Positions 41,594 to 55,100 of a stretch of 64,000 nt of DNA are shown here, piece by piece; position 1 is the first letter of the stretch, and every line of letters starts with the position of its first letter. The notes below the pieces were generated by a model. That model was not told where the DNA came from. It saw nothing but the letters and a program-made list of their open reading frames with translations, and ran no database searches. Source of the stretch: Phoronis australis (taxonomy: Eukaryota > Animalia > Phoronida); contig NMRA01000113.1 of the NCBI GenBank assembly GCA_002633005.1, positions 874,556 to 938,555 of the forward strand, given 5' to 3'. The position numbers and the translations under genes were made by a program.

Positions 41594-43118
41594 CAGAATC
41601 TGAATGAAAGTGATAGACTACAAGCGCGAGCCCTCGCATTTGGCAAAAGTGGGCAAAACGGTCCGCCTGCGAGAAACAAAAAGTCCGAGAAAATGAGACA
41701 AAAGACCACTAAACAAGCACAAAACGCGCAAGTCACAGTAGTGCGCCCGTTTTTTTTTTAGTCCTATTTTGTTACCAAAAGGTCTACAACGTTAGGAATT
41801 CGAGCCCCCATAAGGCTGGGTGCGCGCATGGTCTACATTTGTGAGAGCATACGAACGGTGGTGGCATGTTAATAAAGAAGACGTAGAGGTGGAAGTGCAA
41901 ATAATGGTTAGGTTATGTAGGACCTTATGTGTATTTTGCCACTAGTATCTACAAAACCATAGATTTTAATTAAATAAAGGTCTATATTTTCTGTCGTAGA
42001 AAGTTAGAAAAATTCGCTTTTTAACCAATAAATTTGCCATTGAGTCACATGAAAATATAATTTTTGGTAAAATTTAGCAAAGGCACATTCATAGCAACAA
42101 AATGACCAAATTTCAGTTGTAATAAATGTTGAAGATGAAATCTCTAAAACCCTTAGTTTTCTTTTAGTTATTACAATTTTGTTTTCCTGTAAAAATCCAA
42201 GATAGTTATTATCTTTGAAAGCCCCTCTTGCACAAGAGGAACATTTAAAACAATTCCTAATAGAAGGTTGAGGAACAGTGTGATGTAAAGAATTTAATTT
42301 TATAGTTTCATGTGAATCTGAACAGCCATTTGTGAAATAGGGTGTACCAAATTAGCCAAATGTAGAGTTTTTATAAGGCCCTACATAACCCTGAGACTTT
42401 ACTTGGTTAATGTTTGTTGTCATTTTATTTTAAAAAACACTTCCGTAATAATGCGATCATGTAAAAATTATTAAAGTATAACATGAGTTTTTGGAGATTA
42501 TTGAGCTAGTTAATCTAAAATTTGTTTTAGTTGACTTCAAATCCAGTGGTTGACTACTGTTGGAGCTCACAGCATGTCAAACTTATTTCAGACTACTGAC
42601 TTACAGTTCAGTGAGGAGGACAAAATATTGTGCAGTTGAACCAAGAACAGATGTACTTTGATGATGTAAGCTGTTTAACATCTTCATTGAACTCAATGTT
42701 TATTTTACATATCTTTATTCCAAATAAAGTAACCATTATGTACACATCAGTTTAACATGTAACAGAGTATATACATAAATACAATAAAACTGGTGCCTTA
42801 ACACCCGTGGATTTAAGATGTCGTGAGGTCAACCATTATCTTTGAAGGGGAAATGTATACGGAGCCCCTAAAAAGAGCATGCTGACAGTATTTTGGTTAC
42901 GCCTGTACCAGGGGTCAGACCCCCCCTAAATCCACCTATGGTCAGATGAACTTAACTGTCCACAGGTTACAGGTCAATGCAAACACATTGGGTAAGTCCA
43001 GCCTCCAATCATCTCAAGTCATTGACGTTCTAAACAGTATGCCCAAGGCAATGACTGATAAATGTGACAAGCACAGTTACCAATGGAGATTGAAACATTG
43101 CGAGCTCAGAAAATCCAA

Positions 43119-46100
43119 TTAATTGTCTTCTTCATCTGTGTCTTCTGCCAGTACCAGGGACTGATCAGCTGTTGGCTTCTGAGAAGTAACTGATGACTGA
43201 GACAGACCAAAGAACAGCGACTTAAACTGGAAATAACCATTGCATACTGTCAGTTTATAATAAAAAAACAAGTTATTAAACGTACAGAAAGCAACGTGCA
43301 GCCTTAAAATGAGCCCACAACTGCACCACAAATGATGTGCTTCTAGGGGTGTTTACCAATATGGCCATTGGATGGTGCAAAATACGTCGAACTCATCCAA
43401 AAATGAAAAAGCATTGTCTCCTTAATAGAAAAGTATTTGCCAAATGTCATGAAAATCTGTCAAGGAACACTAAAGACACAGAAGCAAAGTTGATAAAACA
43501 AATTGCCACTAGGAGGCACAGCGGTAGTCAAATTCAACCGTTAGACCTCCCATTAACAGGAATTCACTTGCCAAATTTCCAAAAGATCTTTTAAGGGGTT
43601 TCTGTAGTCAGATAAATCCGAAAGTTGTCATCATCCGTTGTCAAGTTCATAGAATTACGACAAGTTTGACAAAGATCTTGCATGAAGGGGTATAGGACAA
43701 GACGCAAAAAAGGGAAAACTGCCACTAGAGGGCATCACAGTAGTCAAAGTCCCTCAAAAATTATTGTCACCCATGTTCACCCCGGTAAAAACACATACAC
43801 CAATTTTAAGCAAGATCTTATTGAGTCATTTGACATGAGAGAGGCAGGTCCCAAAAACAGATTAAAAAAATAATAAAAATGGCCAATAGGTGCCATACAT
43901 TACGTCAAATCCAGCTGAAGACGGGAAGGTGTCATTGCCTCTTTCATAGAAACCTATCAGCCAAATTTCATGAATATTGGTTGGGTAACTCCAAAGACAG
44001 AAGAAAATGGAAATGAATAAAATTGCCACAAGGAGGCACAGCAGTAGTTGGATACATCCAAAAATAATCGTCAGCCATGTTCTTCACAGTAGGAACACCT
44101 GTGGCCCTCCAGATGGCGTAAAATATGTTAAATCCAACTGAAAATCAGAAGGTGGTGTCATCTCCCTAATATCTGTCAGAAAATTTGCTCATGTGATCTC
44201 ATCCATATTGGAACATAATTATATGCAAAATCATGTGAACATTCATCCAGGGCTTATGGAGGTACAGCAGCGGACGGCGGAGAGGGATGACAGCATAATG
44301 TGCCCACATAAAAATGGCCACCAGATGGCGCACAATATGTCAAATCCATCCCAATGTGGACAGGTGTTGTCGTTTTCATAACAAAAACTTGTTTGCCAAA
44401 TTTTATGAAAAACCATCCACGAAGGTCCTGCAAAGGATTAGGGAGATATGGACATGGAAGCAAGACAAAATCACGACTAAGTGGTGCCAGTAGTCAAACC
44501 CGTCTGAAAAGCAATGTCAGCCAATGTCATCTGATTACTAACACGTCTGCCAAGTTTCATAATGATCCTCGTGGTGGTTTAGCGGATAAAGAGGCAAACA
44601 GCTAAAAGGACCCAAAATAATCAAAATGGCCACCAGGTGCCACAGAATACATTGAATACTAAAAATAGAAAGGCATCCTTGTCTCCTTAATTCAAACCTA
44701 TTTTGCCAACTTTCACAAAATCCCATCAATGAGCTCTTGAAGCTACAGGACACAACAGTAGTTGAACTAGTTTGAAACTCTTGGTCATCTGCTGTCAGCT
44801 TCACAGGAAAACATGCTAATTTTTTAATTTTCACAAAGGGCAAAGGAGATACCGTCGCGCACACAAAAAACAAAATCACCACTAGGGCGTGCCACAATAA
44901 TTGAACCTGTCCAAAAATCAATGCCAGCCAGTTTTCTCATCAGGAACAGATTTGCCAATTTGGCAGATAGAGGTGGGTGCCAAAAACAAGTAAACTTTAA
45001 AAATGGCCACCAGGTGGTGGTGTGTCAAATCCATCTGAAAATGGGAAGACATCATTGTGTTCTTAATAGGAACCTATTTGCCACATTTCATGAAAATCCA
45101 TCAAGGAAGATACAGAGGCAAACATAATAAAACTAAAATTGCCACTAGGGGGAGAGCTGTAGTTGGTTTGGTGCAAAACTCGTCCACATCTGTTGTCAGC
45201 TACACAGAAACACATCTGCCAATTCTCATTAAGATCCTGCAAGGGGTTAAGGACATACAGCAGCGGATACCATGTAACTGGACGCCCAGACAGCAATATG
45301 CACCCATATAAGTATAAGTGAGTGCATAAAAATGGCTCTTGACCTATTTCAATTTTCAGCAGTGGCATAATAAGCATATTCAGCACAGATGAAATAATTT
45401 ATAACAGGAAGGAAGCAATTTAAAAATGAACATTTGTGGCCCCCATTCAACAAAACTTATGCGCTTGATAACAACAATAGCCTTACACCACCACAGGTCT
45501 CCCTTATGTGGACAAAACAAACTTAAAAAAATTGAGATCACAAAAATTCATCACAAAATATCACCATGCCTTACAAAATAAGCATGCGATCAAATTACCT
45601 TTTATCGCGATAGTTTGGGATCTACACAACGTAGCTAGGTTACACTACAACTGCCGAATAATAGTTCGATGTCATGCCAACAGCTACGCTTTAAAGATCC
45701 ACGAAATGAGCCTCAGCAGTGTTTGAAAATTTTTTATTTAAATATTTCACAACCAATTTGAAGGTCATTTCGTTTATAAACAGACAAAGCTCTACAACCT
45801 CACACAAAAAATTCCATCTGCTGTGAAAGTCACACTGGTCACAGGGGCTATGCACCTTACCCTTTTCCTTGGGGGAGTGCCAGGGACTTCATCATCAGTG
45901 AGCGAGTGACTTGGTTGGTCAGCGTCCATGAACATGTCCTTGTTCCTCTGAAATAAACACCAGTGTTGTAACAGAAAAGGCAAGTCAAGTGAAAACAAGA
46001 AAAGTGACCACGATGTAGACAATTTGTACGAGAATACATGTAGAGAACTTATGAAAATCTATGACATTTAAGTTCAACCAAGGTACACAGCTCAATTTTA

Positions 46101-49100
46101 GTAAAAGAAAGTCTATTTTAACAGTGCAAAAAAGCCAATGTGTGTTACATAATGCATGATCAATGAACTATCCAAACCAACATCCCATTACCTCGCCGGT
46201 TTGAACAGGAATAAGAGGACCAGAGGGAGCCAGAGTGTTCATGTCACCCCTGGGGATGTGTGCTGGCTGCTCTCTGCCACCTGGTGGTAGGCTCATTAAG
46301 TCATCTGTTAGTAACTCATCTAAGTCATCATTCATTAGATCTTCATAGGCAGCTTCAAAACGAGCAGATATTGACTTGCGTTTTCTGAAAGGAATATATA
46401 TCAAGAAATACAAAACATGGTTGAAAAAGAAAAAAGAATACGGATAGCATAGTAGCTCCCTCTCTTAGCTTCTTTTGAAAATTCACGCAGTGGTACAGCA
46501 ATTCTGTTTAGTGAAACTATACTAAGCAGGGTCCACAGCAAGCTCAAGTACATGAAAGAGGTGCTCTGACATGACCAACATAAGGATTTAATGACAGTGT
46601 ACTACTCTCCACATACACGTTTAGGGGAACAGATTAAGAGTCAATATAAGGAAAGTTTAAGAGTATATGATTAAAGAAGTTAATGAAAATCAAGATACAC
46701 AAAGGATTTAAAATTAATTCTACTCCAGTACCTTTCAGATTCCACATTCATTTGTGTGCTTGTGTGAACTTTACTTGTACTTGGATGAGAGGAATCCATA
46801 CTGATGTTCCTGTGTGAAAGTTCTTACATAAATCAACTACATAACCACAATACTAAAATAAACAGTTGGTAAAATTCAACCTTCACATTATTCAATATAG
46901 TAAAGATGGTGTAAGTATTCCTTTCATACAGTGACACTGGACTAAGTTGTTATTCTTTTAACTAAACATTCTTTTGTGAGGATACAGACAGGCCACAGGA
47001 ACAATTAGCTAGCTGCAGGAAGGCGAAATCATTGGGGAGTCTCATTCAAGTTTGTCAAAGTCCTTGAAAGAACTATTTCAATTCAGTGCTAATTATGTGT
47101 GCAGGCATACCCTCCACCTGCTGCAGTCCCAATCATGTCATTATTCTATTTATCTCCAGGCAACAAAACATAGCTTACCTTGTAGTGTTTTTGACCTGCT
47201 TACTCGGCTGAAATGATTGAGAATTAGACACACCTTGGGGTGCTAAAGTAGCCAGCACAAAGTTACCCTCAAATGTTGGGTCACTGTCAATGCAGAAGAC
47301 AATAGGTCTGAAATGAAATATAATTACCGATTAATTATCTCCTGATAAGCAAGAAATTCACCAACTCCTGTTATAAGTTTTCATAATTCAGAGAATTAAG
47401 AGTACCACCATGTCACTTAACAACTAACAAATGATTTTAAACGTGTTATAATTCTGGCAATTAGCAGTACTGTACTGCTGTGTCACTCAACAACTCCCTT
47501 CTAGTAGCAATGAGTTAGGTACAGTGCTTGGATAATGGAGCACTTGCACATTTATTATACCAGTAGGATCGCTAGTAAAGTGGGTCACTAAGGTCACCGA
47601 CTTCCCATGTATTTGCAATCGGCTGGTGTTTTTCTTGGCCGCTGGTTTCTTGTACATTATTGATTTGTATATGAATGATATTTGTTGAAAACTTGTTTGT
47701 TTGATTAATAAAGTCCTTCTGTAGGTCATATACGTATTTTACACAGTAGAATGTTTTCTTAGACTAACTTTCGGCAAAAATGTGAGTGCCTAAGATTTAA
47801 AGGTCAATATCAATTAGTTACACCAGTTTCCAACAATTTTCATAAACATAATGGATATGTAATTTGCAAAAAAAAACTGACAATCAGCAATCACAGAACA
47901 CAGCAAATACCTAAGAGGATGGAGATCGGCCCACACTCCCAGTGATCCTACTGGCAAAAATAAATATGCAAGTGTCCCATAACAATGTTTGAGATCATTA
48001 GTCAGTGTTCAACTGTGACTAAAATGGCAGCTGACAGTGTAAGCATGTACATCTTCCATAAAAATGTCCTTCATTGAAATTGATATTAAATGCAGCTGTC
48101 AGAGATGCAAGTGCTTAAGATATGAAACATGTCTTTAGCGCATATCTAATATCTCAGCTAATTCAATTGGAAATATACATTGTGTTGAGATCACCAGAAA
48201 TTAGGAGGGTTATGTGATAATTTTCATACTTAAAGGGTTGTAAAACCTCAAAACTTGTGTTGATTTCACCACAAATCTGCATTGTTCTGTGATAAATATT
48301 GTCTCTGTATTCCATAAGTTTGACAATATTTATGATTCCCTTGAGATATGCTTTGGATATAAAAACATAAATGGAAAGTTAAAGTGAACAGACCTTTAGA
48401 AAATCTAACAAGACCTCGATGGTCTTGTTAACTTTGTCTTTTCTTGTTCTTTCACTTTTTGTCAAGAATGCACTGCCAGGATGTTAAAACCGATCTTGCC
48501 AAATTATGATGAGTTGAAATCATATAAATTATTTCTAATTGCAATAAATGTAAATTATTACACAAAACTGATACAACACAAACTATAAAGATTTAACATT
48601 GCAGCATGACTTTAAAATATTACTATAACTTACTTCCCACTACCTTCAAAATGGACAGAAATCGGAGAGTTTGATGACTCTGAGAATGCCAAGATGGCCT
48701 GAAATTTACCAAAACTTCATAATAATGACGCTGTCACATTTCAAAATTAAATAAGAGCATAAGAGAGGATAACAGTAACATACAATACAAACACAGAGAC
48801 CCAAAAATCATACTTTCAGAATTTTTCCAGCAACTTTATACTTTTCAATGTTTTCCGCTTATTAACTGCCCTCAGTCAATGGTGCATCCGTCCTAACAAT
48901 TATTAACTGACTTTGTTGACTCGCCTCTTTCTCCAGCTATGCTGTCAAATCACGTGCCTGGCCACTGCAGCAAATTACATGCTTGTGCGTCATATACTGT
49001 GCACAAATATGAAACCAAGGAATTCGACCATGAAAAATTTTTGGACTCATATGAGCTGGTTAATTTTAAAGTTAGTAAAGTTGCCTACTGAGAAATTGGT

Positions 49101-52100
49101 ACGTTGTATGTGTTTGAACATTCTATCCATGTTTCATAAAAATGAAGTTTAGAAAAGGTATTGTACAGTAAGAGAAAATAGGACTTCTGGAACGAAACGT
49201 TGCCCGTGAGCGAATATCATAAAAAGGGTTCATTGCAACTGTAGCACTGCTGCTTCAGTGGAGATGGGAACTAGGTAAAAGAAGTCACTGTGTACTTGAA
49301 TGAATAAATTGATGGGACTTGAGCAACAATAGGTGTTCTACATGTTTATCATGTGACCAAGTACAATAACAACATGGAGTGCTAGAAAATATCTGCCTCA
49401 AAGAGAGTTGTTAACCATTTCTGGAGATACATATATTTTACAGAAAGAGGGAAGCACTATTAATGTTTCTAATCAGTTGATCAATGTACCAACTACTCAC
49501 CCTAAGCTCCTTCAAGCAGAAGGTGACCTCACAGTCCACTCCAACTTGATACCTTTCAAACTCTTCAGGCAGAAGACTGAGCTCGGTGCGAACCAACTTA
49601 TTGGGATCTAAACAGTAAGGCAGAGTTTTACAGATCATACAAGAATTAGCATTGAAAGAATATGCGAATCTTGATTAAGTGTAACTATGAACAAAGTAAA
49701 ATAGTTCTAACACTTCTTATGTTGTACTGAGATATATTTTCGCATCACATTAAAATTGTATAAGAGCAACACAGATACAAGGGGTGCTCAGTTTTTTCAA
49801 ACATTTTCACACACTAGAGTGAGCAACACCTGTAAAATTTAAAATTGAGTCTACAGGGGGCAGTGTAAGCCATATGAATATTAGTGAAAGTGTCAGAATA
49901 TAGTCTGACAGTATTTTTAGTTGCATTGTTTTGTTTTGTTATTCTGTTTGATTGGCATGACCCCTGAGTTAAGTACAGTTATGGTGTAATTTGTTTACTA
50001 CAAAATAGTGTGGAACTTTCTAGAAGACTGAGGTCAGAATAGTGATGATGTAATTTGTTTACTGCAGTATAGTGTGGAACTTTCTACAAGACTCTAGCAT
50101 GACAGTGATTAATGCAGTCCGGAATATTCTAGAGACTAGTACATGTTTGTAGAATGGTCGGGTAGATTCAGGAAAGTTCTAGAATATGCTTGAGTTGATG
50201 AAAAGTTCCAGAACAATGCATTAGGCTATAAATACACAAGCACGGGTTTGTGTTAGTCACTTGAGTCCAAGAAGATCAAGTCAGTTCAAGAGAAGATCAA
50301 GTCAGTTCAAGAGAAGATCAAGTCAGTTCAAGTAAGTCAATCAGGAGAACTACCGTTGAGTTGCAGTGAAGAGAATCAGCAGTTACAGCGATAGTCAATA
50401 GAGAGCCAGCTAAAGAGGCAGCAGGTTATTGAACCTACGAGTGTAACAGTTGCTGGAAGTATCTCAAAGTTCATCACAAGTCACGGCTTCGCAGCACTGG
50501 CTGGAGCATCAACAGACATTACGTCGGACGTTTTGTTTGAGTAGGCTTGTGAATGTACGGTCGGGATTAATAAAGGATTAACTCGAACCAGTCTTCAGTC
50601 AATCGTCGCACCGAAAGCTATTAGCACCGGTCTGTAACAGCCTGCGCCCAACCACACACGGGGAAAAACGTGACAGAAAGTAATCCTCATTGATATCGAG
50701 ACTGCCACAAGAAAAACTGACATGCCACTAGGTGGCATACAATAATCGACAGCAGTTAATGCTCTCTTTAACAGAAACTCATTTGCCATGATGATTCGAT
50801 ATAAAGTAGTTCCGCAGATAGAGAAGCAGATAGCAAACAAGAGCAGCAAAAAGTGTTGAAATACGCCCAAGACTGCACCGCAAACAGTATGCTTCCAGGG
50901 GTGTTGATTAGTCTCAAAAATGGCCACTAGTTGGGTAGAAAAAGTTGAACCCGTCCAAATATGGGAAGGCGTCATTTCCTTAATAAAAACCTATTTACTA
51001 AATTTGATGAAAATCCATCCAGAAACTCCTAAGACACAGAGGCAAATACAGAAAATAGAATTGCCACTTGGAAGCACAGCAGTGGTCAGATCCATCCAAA
51101 TGAAGTGGTCATTCGTTTCCACATTCACAAGAATACACTTGTCCTATTTCACAAAGATCACACAAAGGGTTCAAGAGATGCAGCTATGGATATAAAAAAA
51201 ATTCACCAGGGGGCATCACAATAGTCAGACCTGCCTAAAAGTCAAGGTCAGTTGCGCAGCACAAAAGCATCAGCCAGTTTTCTAAATGATCCTTTGAGCA
51301 GTTTGACGGATGAGGCTGACGTAAAAACAGACTAAAAAATAAAATGACTACTTGGTGGCGCATAATACATCTAATCCATCTAAAAATAAAAATCTTTTGT
51401 CGCCTTCCTAACAGAACCATGTTCCCAAATTTCATGAAATTGTGTCATGGAACTCCAAAAACACAGAGGTAAATGTAAAAAAAATAAAATTCCCAATAGG
51501 AGTTAGAGCGGTGGTCAGATCTGTCCGAAAGTTGTCATCATCTGTACAGCAGTACTCAGATCCATTCCACAGTCCTCATCAACCATCATCAGCTTCATAG
51601 AAACTCATCTGCTAAATTTCATGAAGATCCATCATCGGGTTTAGGAGATACAGCAGCAGACGCTGGACACTGGGGCACAGATGAAGGTATTATAATCACT
51701 CATATGTATATGCGACCGCATAATAATTATAACTGGCATCAGCTTTATCATAAATTTGGAATTACCACCAAAAGCAGCAAACCCAATGACCATTGATCTT
51801 ACCAGGTTCATCCTCAATGTAATTCTTGAAACAAACTTTCTCTGGATTAACAACCAGTGTAATTTCCTCCAGGTTCAGTTGAAAGTTTAACACAGCATCG
51901 CACAGTAGCCTTCAACAAAAGCAAAAACTAGATACGTATCAACAACATCAACTGTCCACAGGCATTTAGCATTAGTTCTGGCCTGAGCAGGGCTCATTTT
52001 GAAGTAAACAAACACCTCATGGTTTACAAAAACAAAAAACACACATGTCCAAATCATCTTTGGCAAAGTTATTATTCTTTTTTAATGCTAAATAATTACA

Positions 52101-55100
52101 AACTGATCAATGGTATTTTTCTTTGGTAATCAGCTCTTCCTTGACCACAATCGACTTAAAACATAAAAGAAGATCACAACTCTGAGTATTGAAGACTAAA
52201 CCCATAACATACCTGGTCTGTGCAGCCAGCAGATTGGGGCACAAATCTTTAGAGAAGACAGCCTGTAGGGTCTCACATTCTATGAAGGCCAAATTGTGAG
52301 TTTTTGTGATCCCTGAGAAACAAACCAGAAACATAAATGTGAAAAAAAACCAGTCGGTAGTATGGGCCAAGTGACAATACAGAATAACCAGAACAAAACT
52401 GTTTTAGCCATTAGGTTTCAGAACATGTCTCAACAAGCCAACTTTAACTCGTGATTAAATGATGTCTACTAAGCTAGTAAAGGTTTTGTCACCAATATGC
52501 AGATATCATGCACAAAATGTTGATTAAATACATTTGGAGCTCCAAGTTAGTTAGCGTTTACAAGATGTGCCTAGAACATTTGGTTTTAAGTCTTGTCTCC
52601 ATCATCAACTTTACATATATATCTTGTACGTTCTTTTTATCTATTTGTTGTGAGTATTTCTATGCTCTTAGAATCTGGTTTAATAACAATTTAACAACAC
52701 GGCTTTGTTATTCATAACCAACAGATTAATGACAAGACATTCTATTTGCAGCATACTGCTGACTGACCGTGTTTACAGTACATCTGGAAGACCAGTCTAT
52801 CAGCCTTCAAGTCCAATGACATCTCACATCTTTCTACTGTCTTCTCTATGGTAGAAAGTGACCTGAACACTGTCAGACATGTCTGAAAGATGGCAGCACC
52901 TGTTATTTCCTGACAGAATCATATCTTCAGAATCAGAGTTGTACCATGACAAGTATTTAGTATTTAGCTCTTGGAGGTCAACAGACAATGATCAACAACT
53001 GTAAATAAATCAAAAGATGTGAATATTAACTGTTCTGTGCATACACACAGCCGCACACATGGTAATATCAAGACTGACCTGAGACAGAGCTAAAGATAAA
53101 CCTCCCCGAGCTGTAGAAGGCTACTTGAACAGATAGATGAGATGGTGTACTGTTACCTTCATCCCAATCTTACAGCGTACAGACTCTTCATGATCATCCT
53201 CACAGTTACTACTGCCCACTCCATCATTGTAGTGTTGAAAGAAACTTGGTGAGAACACAAAACAGCCATAGGCAGAGCGAGTTGAGTTGACTGTCCTCAA
53301 AGCTAACTGTTTAAGGAAAGATAAATATAAAGTAATTTTTGAATCATTCCCGTTTCACAACTCTTACTCAGGTACGTACCACAAGCACTATGAATGAACA
53401 TTTCAGTTTTGCCATTTTTTCCAAAGAGACAAGGTCAAATGACCCAATTAATGACTTATTGACATAAAACTGTACTTTGGTAACAGTCCTGCATCCAAAC
53501 AAATTGCAGTGCCGACGATCTGACAAATTGTATTGTGTACAATGTGGAGTTCTTACTCATAACTTCATTTATTTATTTATTTTTGTAAGTGTCTGTGATT
53601 GCTGGCAGAAGTCACCCTACCCTCTATATCTTAAAATGTGTTAGCTCCCGAGGTTATTCACTCATAGCGCATTGTGCTTCATTCATAGCGCATTGTGGTT
53701 TTCACATGCTCTTATCATCTTAGTCTTGACATTGAAAAAGAACAAATTCACATATTCCGTTGTCTGTGTCCATGATCAGACAGTTGTCATAAATACAAGG
53801 GTTTATTCCATCTACTTGAAAGCAACAAACTCAAGATTCCATAATATACAAATGGTCAGATCTTCAACACAACATACTGACATATATAAATGGCAATTTT
53901 CTACTTTACTAAACTAATTTTTGGTTTTGTATAGTAGATAAATCTGACTGACTGTAGTTTGTTCTTTGTCAATTAAGTACGAGAATCCACTAATGCCAAT
54001 TGCCTGGACATCACTAACTTTACCTGTTGTGGGGAACCACTCTACTTCGTGAGGTAAACAACAAAATGGCCAGACAAGCAAAAGCAATTGTGGCTATGGA
54101 TACTCGCTGCACTTGAATCAAATCCCAAGCAACCAGACCAGAGGAATGTGGCATATCTGGCTATGGACCTTTGCTGCCTCAAAGAGGAACTTATACACAG
54201 TAAAGAGAAACAATTTCTGCTGTTGACACTTGTTCTGGGGAATCACTGGACCCTACTGCATTTGACCAGACGTCAAAGTGACAAGACATGACCTGGGGAA
54301 TCACTGATCAATCTGGGTAGGTTGAGTGAGATGACCAGACAAGGGGAAGCAATTGTGAGTGCAGATGCTACCTGTGGACTGTAACTCAGGAACAAATAAA
54401 AAGGAACAACGACAGAGGAATGTGGCCTACCTGGTAACAAACGTTTGTCTGGACGTTTGTTGACTTTTACCCTAGTTTCAAGGATTTTATACACGATATG
54501 TGGAACCAAGAAGCAACTTCTCCTGTGGACTAGCTCTACTGTCATGGAGAGAAGTGAATTCAAAGAGAGATGACCAGGCTTAATCCGGAGAACCACTGAT
54601 CGTTCTGGGTAGAAGGTTCATTAAGATGACTAAACAAGTGGAAGTAGTGATGGTTGTGGACACTATCTCTGAGCTGAATCAATGGGTTCAATTGACAAGC
54701 ATCATCATCAATTGAAGATAAATGTGGCCTACACGACTATGTACTTCTGCAACATCTCTTAGAGGGTTCTCATGAGTTTCAAATCAGGTGTTTTGTGAAT
54801 TGGGCTAGATCTATGTGGCCTACGTATGTCCGATGCAGTTAAGACATTGGACCAACCGCAGTCTTTTTTTACTTGTCTGCAGTCGCCCTCAGTATGAGCC
54901 TGGGTTTCGATGGACAAAAGAAAGCCAGGAACGTTTGGAAATAGACCAGGCTGATATCTGCATTGAAAGCAGCTCTGGTCTGGAATACTCATTAGGTGGC
55001 AGATGTTGCTAGTGAAATCCACTGGCTGACTGAGAATAACCACATACAACTACTTACTCCATGCTCAAGAGGTTCAAGGTAAAGTTCTTCTCCAATTTTT

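Noticed and set aside
43337-45386. Cluster of 60-127 aa ORFs
   Set aside because: They lie in the repetitive element and show no recognisable transposase or other domain.
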